Positions 45,615 through 52,803 are shown, counted from the stretch's first letter. The stretch: 64,000 bases of DNA from Minisyncoccota bacterium (GCA_041389005.1 JAWKSR010000002.1:1482-65481), one strand, 5' to 3'. The notes: generated by a model from the letters alone, not told the origin. Numbers and translations: made by a program.

Positions 45615-46672
45615 CTGACCCGAACGCAAACATACCTCGTGATGAATTTTATACGTATGCTATTTATTTAACCGATGGATCGGTACGCCGGGTGACCGTA
45701 CCGGAGTTTACATCTATTGCGTTCCTAGAAACCCGGTTTGCCTCAGTTGGGTATCAAGGAAACGTCCTCCAGCTTATCGCTTTAGCTGAAGACGTCGCAC
45801 CGACTGAAGCAGAACAAAGTTTTGTCGATGTGATCTTAGATATCGTTGGTGTTTCCGCGACCACATTAGCGAACATCTTTGACTTTGGCAGAGATGATAC
45901 TCCTGCCGAAACGTATACTGATTTATCAGATAGTACACCAACCAATGACGGATTGATCGATATGGACGATATTAAAAGTGCCATTGTGTACTTTGGCGTT
46001 GATGCGAATTGTCCGAACGCACCAGGACTTGATCAATCGTATCTCTACGAGATCATTATTGCCAAAGAGGCCCTTTATGATAGTCAGAGAGACGTTGCGT
46101 TGCGAGTAGCACGTTGTGGAGCTGGTGATAAATGGTCGTATGTAAACGCGATTGCCAGCCACCTTGAGTCCCAGCCAGCGTTTGGAAACATAGACCGTAC
46201 AGTGCTCTACGATATGATTCTCTTTGGAGATTTGCGCAATTTGGCTCTAATTGAACCTGAAGTGAGTGAAGATACAGAATTCTTTAGTGAACCAGATGAT
46301 TCTTCAGAAGAACACACGGCAGCGGTGGTAGAGATTCCAAACCGTACCAACACTGTTGAATTTGAGGCCCGAGTAACCAATAACACTGGTGCGATTACAA
46401 CTGATTGGACTACTGGCAATCTCACAGTCAATCAGTCTGATGCTCTCAGTTTCCGCTGGGAAGCTGGTGACTATGAGCGATGTTTACCATTCTTGCAAGA
46501 TAATGGTGGGTATGCCTTCTCTTATAACGATGGCGCGATGACACGTGGAAACACGGAAGTGGTTGGATATACTGTACCGACGCAAAGTGGCACCTATTAT
46601 ATAGAGTGTGCTGGGCAAAATAATGGTGAATTCGGTGTTGACGTAAAAGCCATCGACATTGCCATACAATAG
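45554..46672 (+). CDS. giant envelope protein, part 3 of 3: C-terminal extracellular region ending in an Ig-like beta-sandwich
   Basis: Overlaps part 2. The frames join with a 1-nt change around the A4 run at 45535-45538 (..VVEESFLE/KRTSDKVFTDDGEFTQYEIIQ). C-terminal FEARVTNNTGAITTDW..LTVNQSDALSFRWEAGDYERC....GTYYIECAG. Confidence 0.65.
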   Translation: MFTDDGEFTQYEIIQITRSLTDPNANIPRDEFYTYAIYLTDGSVRRVTVPEFTSIAFLETRFASVGYQGNVLQLIALAEDVAPTEAEQSFVDVILDIVGVSATTLANIFDFGRDDTPAETYTDLSDSTPTNDGLIDMDDIKSAIVYFGVDANCPNAPGLDQSYLYEIIIAKEALYDSQRDVALRVARCGAGDKWSYVNAIASHLESQPAFGNIDRTVLYDMILFGDLRNLALIEPEVSEDTEFFSEPDDSSEEHTAAVVEIPNRTNTVEFEARVTNNTGAITTDWTTGNLTVNQSDALSFRWEAGDYERCLPFLQDNGGYAFSYNDGAMTRGNTEVVGYTVPTQSGTYYIECAGQNNGEFGVDVKAIDIAIQ

Positions 46673-46683
46673 TGATACAGAGT

Positions 46684-46900
46684 CTTGCATTCTACGGCTC
46701 TATCGGGTACTATTGCGCCACCGTACGCGGCTTCGGCTGTGCTCGGAGTATTCATACAATGCTCTTTCACAGGACGTGTACTAAGTGGTAGCGGACAGTG
46801 TTCTCGCGCCGTTACCCCTCAGTGCTCGTACCCTGCTTTTTCTATATGATAAAGCGGCTGTGTGCGGAATTATTATTTACTAACGTAAATCAAGTTATTT
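46684..46900 (+). promoter_or_regulatory. tuf promoter (TTGCAT-17-TACTAT) plus 188-nt leader
   Basis: -35 at 46684-46689, -10 at 46707-46712. The leader starts tGCGCC..., contains ggcUUCGgcu and a ctgcttttt element. No SD. Confidence 0.6.
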
Positions 46901-48088
46901 ATGGCAGATTTCGATCGAAGTAAGCCGCACATTAACGTAGGTACCATTGGTCACGTAGACCATGGTAAAACTACCCTTACTGCTGCGATTCTTACTTCTC
47001 TTAAAGCTAAAGGTGATGGCTACGATGCCAACGTTAAGGCAGTAGAAGACATTGATAAGGCGCCAGAAGAAAAGGCGCGCGGTATTACTATCTCGCTTTC
47101 TCACTCAGAGTACGAGACTCCAAACCGCCACTACGCACATATCGATGCTCCTGGTCACGCTGACTACATCAAAAACATGATTACTGGTGCTGCTCAGATG
47201 GACGGCGCGGTACTTGTGGTAGCAGCGACTGATGGTGCGATGCCTCAAACTCGTGAGCACGTGCTACTTGCTAAGCAGGTAGGTGTTCCTAAGATCATCG
47301 TGTTCCTTAACAAGTGTGACATGGTTGATGATGAGGAAATGCTCATGCTCGTAGAAGAAGAACTTCGTGAGCTTCTTACCTCAAATGGATTTGATGGTGA
47401 AAATGCACCAATCATCAAAGGTTCAGGTCTTAAGGCGCTTGAAGGTGATGCTGATTATCAAGCAAAGATCATCGAATTGGTTGATGCTATGGACAGCTAC
47501 TTCCCAACTCCAGAACGAGAACTCGATAAACCATTCCTTATGCCGATCGAGGACATCTTCTCTATTGAAGGTCGCGGTACGGTAGTAACTGGTCGTGTAG
47601 AACGCGGTCAGGTGAAGGTGGGTGAAGAAGTTGAGATTGTTGGTATCAAAGACACTACCACTACTACAGTGACTGGTGTTGAGATGTTCAACAAGCAGCT
47701 TGACCAAGCACAAGCTGGAGACAACGCTGGTATCCTCCTTCGTGGTACCAAGAAAGAAGACGTACACCGTGGTCAGGTATTGGCTGCAAAAGGTTCAGTA
47801 ACTCCACACACTGAGTTTGAAGCTGAAGTGTACGTTCTCTCTAAGGAGGAAGGAGGTCGTCACACCCCATTCTTTTCTGGGTACAAGCCACAGTTCTACG
47901 TACGTACTACTGACGTAACCGGTGACGTAACACTCGCTGAAGGTACTGAAATGGTGATGCCAGGAGACACTGCAACATTCAAGGTGAAATTGGTAGCACC
48001 AGTAGCGCTTGAAGAACAGCAAAACTTTGCTATTCGTGAGGGTGGTAAAACCGTTGGTGCTGGTGTGGTAACCAAGATCGTCGCCTAA
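46901..48088 (+). CDS. tuf: elongation factor Tu
   Basis: [23 protein letters not shown]; DAPGHADY; NKCD; intact 395 aa. Confidence 0.98.
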   Translation: MADFDRSKPHINVGTIGHVDHGKTTLTAAILTSLKAKGDGYDANVKAVEDIDKAPEEKARGITISLSHSEYETPNRHYAHIDAPGHADYIKNMITGAAQMDGAVLVVAATDGAMPQTREHVLLAKQVGVPKIIVFLNKCDMVDDEEMLMLVEEELRELLTSNGFDGENAPIIKGSGLKALEGDADYQAKIIELVDAMDSYFPTPERELDKPFLMPIEDIFSIEGRGTVVTGRVERGQVKVGEEVEIVGIKDTTTTTVTGVEMFNKQLDQAQAGDNAGILLRGTKKEDVHRGQVLAAKGSVTPHTEFEAEVYVLSKEEGGRHTPFFSGYKPQFYVRTTDVTGDVTLAEGTEMVMPGDTATFKVKLVAPVALEEQQNFAIREGGKTVGAGVVTKIVA

Positions 48089-48246
48089 GGCACTGAGACT
48101 TACCCCATCTACGTCGTTGAAACATCAGTTTTGTCGGCACGGTAGCAACCTACCGCTTCTTCCAAAACTTCGTTTCGCCTCGTATCTGGGGCAATCTCAG
48201 CACCTTAGTACTGAGATTGTGAAAACCAATCTTAAAAACAAACATT
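48089..48246 (+). promoter_or_regulatory. structured tuf-rpsJ spacer (S10-leader-like long hairpin with an alternative 3' hairpin)
   Basis: gcactgagacttaccccatctacg (48090-) pairs with cgtatctggggcaatctcagcac (-48204), including G-U pairs, with inner stems. An alternative stem aatctcag/ctgagatt (48193-48219) shares the 3' arm. Confidence 0.5.
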
Positions 48247-48615
48247 ATGGCAACAACAGAAAAAAAGACAGCGAAAAAGGCTTCTAAAAAAGATGCGCCA
48301 GCTGGAGAAATCCAGAAACTCCGCATCCGTGTTCGTGCTTACGAACACAAGATTCTTGATACTTCTACCAAACAGATTATGGACACTGCTCAGCGTTTTG
48401 ACGCTAAAGTAGTTGGTCCAATTCCGTTACCGACTGAGATCAAGAAGTACACAGTAAACCGTTCAACGTTCGTCCACAAAGACGCGCGAGAACAATTTGA
48501 GATGCGCATGCACAAGCGTGTGATCGACATCCTAAACCCGAGCGGTAAGGTGATCGAAGCTCTCACCAATCTTTCGTTGCCATCAGGCGTCAACATTGAC
48601 GTCAAGATGATGTAA
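48247..48615 (+). CDS. rpsJ: 30S ribosomal protein S10 (about 20-aa Lys-rich N-terminal extension)
   Basis: KLRIRVRAYEHKILD....I......F.AKVVGPIPLPT....YTVNRS.FVHKDAREQFEMR.HKR.IDI. Confidence 0.95.
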   Translation: MATTEKKTAKKASKKDAPAGEIQKLRIRVRAYEHKILDTSTKQIMDTAQRFDAKVVGPIPLPTEIKKYTVNRSTFVHKDAREQFEMRMHKRVIDILNPSGKVIEALTNLSLPSGVNIDVKMM

Positions 48616-48628
48616 CTAAGTTGCCAAC

Positions 48629-48659
48629 AAAAAAATCACTGCAATGCAGTGATTTTTTT
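48629..48659 (+). terminator. rho-independent terminator after rpsJ
   Basis: aaaaaaaTCACTGCaaTGCAGTGAttttttt. Confidence 0.85.
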
Positions 48660-48677
48660 GTTGTGTGCAATTTAGTT

Positions 48678-48753
48678 ACCCAGCCTCATTTTGGGCGAAG
48701 CGCGTGCTGAATAAGGTAATAGCGAGAGCCCGTAACAAAAAATGGGGCTGGGT
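48678..48753 (+). repeat. structured ~76-nt element, copy A (nested three-stem hairpin)
   Basis: aCCCAGCCTCATTTTgGGCgaagcgcgtgctgaataaggtaatagcgagaGCCcgtaacAAAAATGGGGCTGGGt. About 70% identical to 58344-58421, with compensatory changes in the outer stem. Confidence 0.7.
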
Positions 48754-48830
48754 GATTTATAAGAGATGTGCTGCCAACAAAAAGCCCGTAGCTACGCTGC
48801 GGTATTTTTGTATCCAGTACTCACCAAAAG

Positions 48831-48860
48831 AAACGCCAGGCATCAAAGCCTGGCGTTTCT
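48831..48860 (+). terminator. rho-independent terminator about 80 nt downstream of element copy A
   Basis: aaaCGCCAGGCatcaaaGCCTGGCGtttctc. Confidence 0.7.
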
Positions 48861-48957
48861 CTAAAATACTATGGGTGGTATTTCGGTTTCTCAAGTGAAA
48901 TGTGGACGTCATGCCACACTCACTATATATGACGATTGAAAACCACTTTTCTTTCAA

Positions 48958-49004
48958 AGAAAAAAGCCTGGCGACGGGAAACGTTGGAGTTCACGTCGTC
49001 AGGC
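48958..49004 (-). terminator. rho-independent terminator (minus strand)
   Basis: Minus strand: GCCTGACGACGtgaactccaacgtttcCCGTCGCCAGGCtttttt. Confidence 0.7.
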
Positions 49005-49266
49005 TTCCAAAATTCCACAGATGTCTTTTTCAGACCGAGAAGCGTTGAGCTTCTCTTATAATCCTACTCAGACCCATCTGGACTTGGTTTGGTCGCTCGT
49101 CTCGTAGCCTAGCGTACCTTGGTGTCGGGAAAAAGGTGAAACTCGAAGGCGCTTCTCACACCTCCATTATCGACAGTGACCAAACGAGTGATCATTCGTA
49201 TCTCCATTTCCCGAGCTGAAGCTGTACAATACAGAGAAACGCGCTCGTTCCGTTTCCCCTATATGC

Positions 49267-49296
49267 ACCATACACCCAACACCACCTTTTTTGCAA
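49267..49296 (-). promoter_or_regulatory. candidate minus-strand promoter (TTGCAA-18-TATGGT) of an orphan ~300-nt unit
   Basis: -35 at 49296-49291, -10 at 49272-49267. Divergent from the rplC promoter. No ORF of 60 aa or more between it and the terminator at 48958-49004. Confidence 0.35.
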
Positions 49297-49316
49297 GCAT
49301 GTTCCTGGTACTAACC

Positions 49317-49515
49317 TTGCAAAACGTGGATAAATCCGTATACTAACGCCAGTTTTCTAAGACCTACGTTCGGTGATATCTGGCTTGCCAGATTGAGAAC
49401 CAATGGGCACAAAACCGCGATTTTTGATTGCGAGCTTGTGCTCGCGACCGAAAAGCGCGGTTTTGCATTTTCGGGTCTAATAGAAAACAGATTATTAGAC
49501 TAGTTCAGAAAATAA
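49317..49515 (+). promoter_or_regulatory. rplC promoter (TTGCAA-16-TATACT) plus 171-nt structured leader
   Basis: -35 at 49317-49322, -10 at 49339-49344. Leader stems: gttttctaagacc/gggtctaatagaaaac, atctggcttgccagat, caaaaccgcg/cgcggttttg (perfect 10 bp), gcgagcttgtgctcgc. Confidence 0.6.
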
Positions 49516-50145
49516 ATGAAGTTTATTTTAGGAACCAAAGATGGCATGACTCAAGTCTTCGATGCCGAAGGCGTGTGTCACCCAGCGACTGTACTTAAAG
49601 TCGATCCAATGACTATCACTGCCCTCAAGGGTAGCGAAAAGGACGGCTATGATGCGGTACAGGTTGCCGCCGGTGAGCAGAAAGAACACCGACTCGGCAA
49701 GGCAGAGCTTGGTCACCAGGGTGGTGCGAAGAAACTGGTAAAAGAGTTTCGGGTTCGTCAAAACCATGGCGAGTCCCTCGAGGGATTTGAAGTGGGACAA
49801 ACCATAGACGCAGGCACCTTTGAGCCAGGGGACACCGTTATCGTGAGCGCTACCTCTAAGGGTAAGGGCTTCCAAGGTGTTGTTAAGCGCCACGGTTTTG
49901 CTGGTGGTCGTGCTTCACACGGTCAGAAGCATTCACATCGTGAACCAGGTTCAATCGGTTCAACCGGATTTGGGCGTGTTATCAAAGGATTGCGCATGGC
50001 AGGACGTATGGGAGGTGATCGGATTACGGTCAAAAATCTCACCGTTCTCCAGGTGAACAAAGATGAAAATGTATTGCTTATCAAGGGAGCTATCCCCGGT
50101 CGGCGCGGTACAGTAGTAGAAGTAAGAGGCGTAGAAGCGAAATAG
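49516..50145 (+). CDS. rplC: 50S ribosomal protein L3
   Basis: ILGTKDGMTQVFD..G....ATVLKV; GKGFQGVVKRHGF.GG.ASHG....HR.PGSIG. Confidence 0.96.
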   Translation: MKFILGTKDGMTQVFDAEGVCHPATVLKVDPMTITALKGSEKDGYDAVQVAAGEQKEHRLGKAELGHQGGAKKLVKEFRVRQNHGESLEGFEVGQTIDAGTFEPGDTVIVSATSKGKGFQGVVKRHGFAGGRASHGQKHSHREPGSIGSTGFGRVIKGLRMAGRMGGDRITVKNLTVLQVNKDENVLLIKGAIPGRRGTVVEVRGVEAK

Positions 50146-50148
50146 CCT

Positions 50149-50817
50149 ATGAAAGCACAAGTATTTAAAACCGATGGCTCAAAAGCTGGTGATGTAACAC
50201 TGCCTGAGAGTCTGTTCAGTGTGAAATGGAATCCAGACTTGGTCCATGAGGTGGTAGTGGCTATGCAGAGCAATGCTCGCGCTGGTACCGCCCACACAAA
50301 GGATCGTAGCGAAGTATCTGGTGGTGGTAAGAAACCATGGCGCCAGAAGGGAACTGGTCGAGCGCGACACGGTTCTCGCCGCAGTCCAATTTGGACTGGT
50401 GGAGGTGTGACCTTTGGCCCACGCAATGAGAAGGACTACACCAAGAAGATTAACCAAAAAGCAAAGACTAAGGCGTTTGCCAGTACACTTTCAAAGAAAC
50501 ATGCTGATGGAGAAGTAATCTTCTTAGAAGGTCTTGCGTTTGATGTCCCAAAAACAGCAGAAGCCAAGAAAATTGTGATGGCACTGGCTAAAGGAGCACA
50601 AAAGGATGACCTTGCAACCAAGCAGAAAAATACTGCGTTGATGGTTCTTCCTGAACGTAATGAAGTAGTTGAGAAGAGTTTCCGCAATTTCGGGAACATG
50701 TTGGTAGCCCAAGCTAAAGACATCAACCCAGTTGATCTTCTTACCTACAAATACGTAGTAGTCGCTGATCCTAAGTCAGCACTTGCGGTACTCGAAAAAC
50801 GAGTTACCAAAGCTTAG
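50149..50817 (+). CDS. rplD: 50S ribosomal protein L4
   Basis: VSGGGKKPWRQKGTGRARHGS.RSP.W.GGGV.FGP. Confidence 0.95.
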   Translation: MKAQVFKTDGSKAGDVTLPESLFSVKWNPDLVHEVVVAMQSNARAGTAHTKDRSEVSGGGKKPWRQKGTGRARHGSRRSPIWTGGGVTFGPRNEKDYTKKINQKAKTKAFASTLSKKHADGEVIFLEGLAFDVPKTAEAKKIVMALAKGAQKDDLATKQKNTALMVLPERNEVVEKSFRNFGNMLVAQAKDINPVDLLTYKYVVVADPKSALAVLEKRVTKA

Positions 50818-50835
50818 TAATGTAATGTAAGTAAC

Positions 50836-51207
50836 ATGGCACTTTTTAGTCGAAACAAAGACAAAAAAGAGAGTACTGATGCGGCCAAAAAGCCTGCTGT
50901 TAAAAGCACCGCTTTACCAACTGACCGTAACCTCGCGTCTGTAATCATCAAGCCACGTATCACTGAAAAAGCAGTTGGTATGGGTGAGCGCAACGTCTAC
51001 ACGTTTGTTGTACGACGGGACGCTACCAAGCATGATGTACGTGATGCGGTTAAAGCTCTCTTTAATGTGACGCCGGTAAAGGTAAATATCGTCAACAAAA
51101 CCCCTCGCCAATACATGAAGCGAGCGCGAGGTCGGGTTGTGAGTGAGAAAGGATTGAAAAAAGCGTACGTCTATCTCAAAGATGGCGACACGATCAACTT
51201 GGTCTAA
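50836..51207 (+). CDS. rplW: 50S ribosomal protein L23 (N-terminal extension)
   Basis: VIIKPRITEKA......NVYTFVV...A.K.DV..AVKALFNV.P.KVN. Confidence 0.92.
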   Translation: MALFSRNKDKKESTDAAKKPAVKSTALPTDRNLASVIIKPRITEKAVGMGERNVYTFVVRRDATKHDVRDAVKALFNVTPVKVNIVNKTPRQYMKRARGRVVSEKGLKKAYVYLKDGDTINLV

Positions 51208-51255
51208 ATTACACGTATAGGTATGTCTATGAACATACCTGCAAAGTAAGCAAAC

Positions 51256-52116
51256 ATGAAAAAATTAAAACCAACCTCAGCCGGTCGCCGTGGCATGACG
51301 GTCATTGAGTACAAGAAAAAACTCACGTCAACTGCCAGTCGTCCTAAAAAAGCCTTAACCAAAGGCAAAAAAGCTACTGGTGGGCGCAACAGCCAAGGTC
51401 GCATCACCAACTGGTATCGCGGCGCTGGTAATAAGCGAAAGTATCGTGATATCGACTTCAAGTTCGATAAGAAGGATATCAAAGCCACAGTAGAATCAGT
51501 TGAGTACGATCCGTACCGGTCTGCCTTTATTGCTTTAGTTCTCTACGCTGATGGAGAGCGACGATATGTCGTTGCTACCAAAGATATGAAAGCAGGAGAC
51601 ACATTTATTGTGTCGGAAAAAGCTAAAGCCAAACGTGGTAACCGATTACCGCTTGGCAAAATGCCGCTCGGTACTGTTGTATGCGGTATTGAAATGAAAC
51701 CAGGCGCCGGCGCTCGGATTGCTCGCAGTGCTGGTAATAGCGCTGAAGTAGTCGCTCATGATGGTGGCTACACACAACTGAAGATGCCATCAACGGAAAT
51801 TCGCCGTGTACTCTCAACCTGCTGGGCAACCGTAGGGGAAGTATCGAACGAAGAACACCGTTTGGTAAATATCGGTAAAGCTGGTCGCGCTCGTCACATG
51901 GGCTTACGCCCTAAGACACGTGGTTCTGCTCGTAACGCGGTTGATCACCCTCATGGTGGTGGTGAAGGTCGCTCTCCACGAGGACACCGCCGGCAGCGTA
52001 CCAAGCAAGGACGTCCAACTGGTAAAGGTCAAAAGACCCGCAAACCAAAGAAATACTCAAACAAGTTTATTGTTCAGAAACGAAAGCCAGGTAAACTCAT
52101 GCGAGGTAATAAATAG
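51256..52116 (+). CDS. rplB: 50S ribosomal protein L2
   Basis: KPTSAGRR; GGRN..GRIT..YRGAG.KR.YR.IDF; ARSAG..A......GY..LKMPS.E.R; NAVDHPHGGGEGR. Confidence 0.97.
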   Translation: MKKLKPTSAGRRGMTVIEYKKKLTSTASRPKKALTKGKKATGGRNSQGRITNWYRGAGNKRKYRDIDFKFDKKDIKATVESVEYDPYRSAFIALVLYADGERRYVVATKDMKAGDTFIVSEKAKAKRGNRLPLGKMPLGTVVCGIEMKPGAGARIARSAGNSAEVVAHDGGYTQLKMPSTEIRRVLSTCWATVGEVSNEEHRLVNIGKAGRARHMGLRPKTRGSARNAVDHPHGGGEGRSPRGHRRQRTKQGRPTGKGQKTRKPKKYSNKFIVQKRKPGKLMRGNK

Positions 52117-52123
52117 TCCACAT

Positions 52124-52155
52124 AAAAACAGTGCTACACGCGTAGCGCTGTTTTT
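52124..52155 (+). terminator. rho-independent terminator after rplB
   Basis: aaaaACAGTGCTACacgcGTAGCGCTGTtttt. Confidence 0.8.
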
Positions 52156-52301
52156 ATATGGAGAAAGCAAACCGTTTTGCTTTCGTGCTATTTATTAAGA
52201 CGTAGTCATATCGCAAGCGCCTTCCCTAGCGCTTGTGATAGACGAGTCCGGGTAGGAGGTTTTTATGAACGTAGTGAATTAGAAACCTGACGCATACGTA
52301 A

Positions 52302-52333
52302 GAAAAAACCATCCTGACAGGCGGTCAGGATGG
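52302..52333 (-). terminator. rho-independent terminator (minus strand) for the antisense small gene
   Basis: Minus strand: CCATCCTGACCgcctGTCAGGATGGtttttt. Confidence 0.75.
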
Positions 52334-52371
52334 AGTCATTATGTTTGCTGCTGCATTTGTTAACCTTGAGG

Positions 52372-52557
52372 CTATTTCTCTGCAATGCCTCGACTGACCA
52401 GCATCTTCCGTGTTTCAAGCGCCCGCTGCGCGTTCGCGTCACCGTTTTTTGCTCGTTTTTTTACTTCCTCAATGGGGTGATGCGATGTTTTTGGATCCGG
52501 ATACGAGATGTGTCCACGCCACATCTCTTCCGGTTCCGGTGTGTACATGCCTGCCAT
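52372..52557 (-). CDS. small hypothetical protein (61 aa) encoded antisense between rplB and rpsS
   Basis: ggaaGGAGGttcatATG (5-nt spacing). MAGMYTPEPEEMWRGHISYPDPKTSHHPIEEVKKRAKNGDANAQRALETRKMLVSRGIAEK. Own terminator. Candidate extended -10 (tgGTATAAG) upstream. Confidence 0.5.
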   Translation of the reverse strand: MAGMYTPEPEEMWRGHISYPDPKTSHHPIEEVKKRAKNGDANAQRALETRKMLVSRGIAEK

Positions 52558-52623
52558 ATGAACCTCCTTCCGGCTAATGGTCACCAGTGTTTCTTATACC
52601 ACGCGAGTGATACTTCTGTCTCG

Positions 52624-52803
52624 TTGACATTTCACACTGTTTCCCGTACTATAGCGCCGTTCTAACCTCGTTACCACATACCCCTGGCAGGGTGTTTGGC
52701 AACAACAGGAAGTAGCTAAGAAAACCGTTATTTTCTTGGCATCCATATTTCCTTTCATACCGTAGCAGCTAGCGCTGCCGGTTTTATTCGTTATTGAGTC
52801 AAA
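52624..52803 (+). promoter_or_regulatory. rpsS promoter (TTGACA-17-TACTAT) plus 151-nt leader
   Basis: -35 at 52624-52629, -10 at 52647-52652. The leader starts aGCGCC..., with hairpins cccctggcagggtg and gcagctagcgctgc followed by cggtttta. Confidence 0.65.

Noticed and set aside
38110-46672. Prophage tape-measure or tail-lysin interpretation of the giant hydrolase
   Set aside because: No capsid, portal, terminase, integrase or tail genes lie anywhere in the window. The protein has an N-terminal anchor and internal TM helices typical of a resident envelope protein.
48866-49316. tmRNA, RNase P or SRP RNA in the rpsJ-rplC insert
   Set aside because: There is no tRNA-like T-arm or CCA end, no alanine-rich tag ORF, no GGAAAGUCC block and no SRP domain IV motif on either strand. 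It is kept as an unknown RNA candidate instead.
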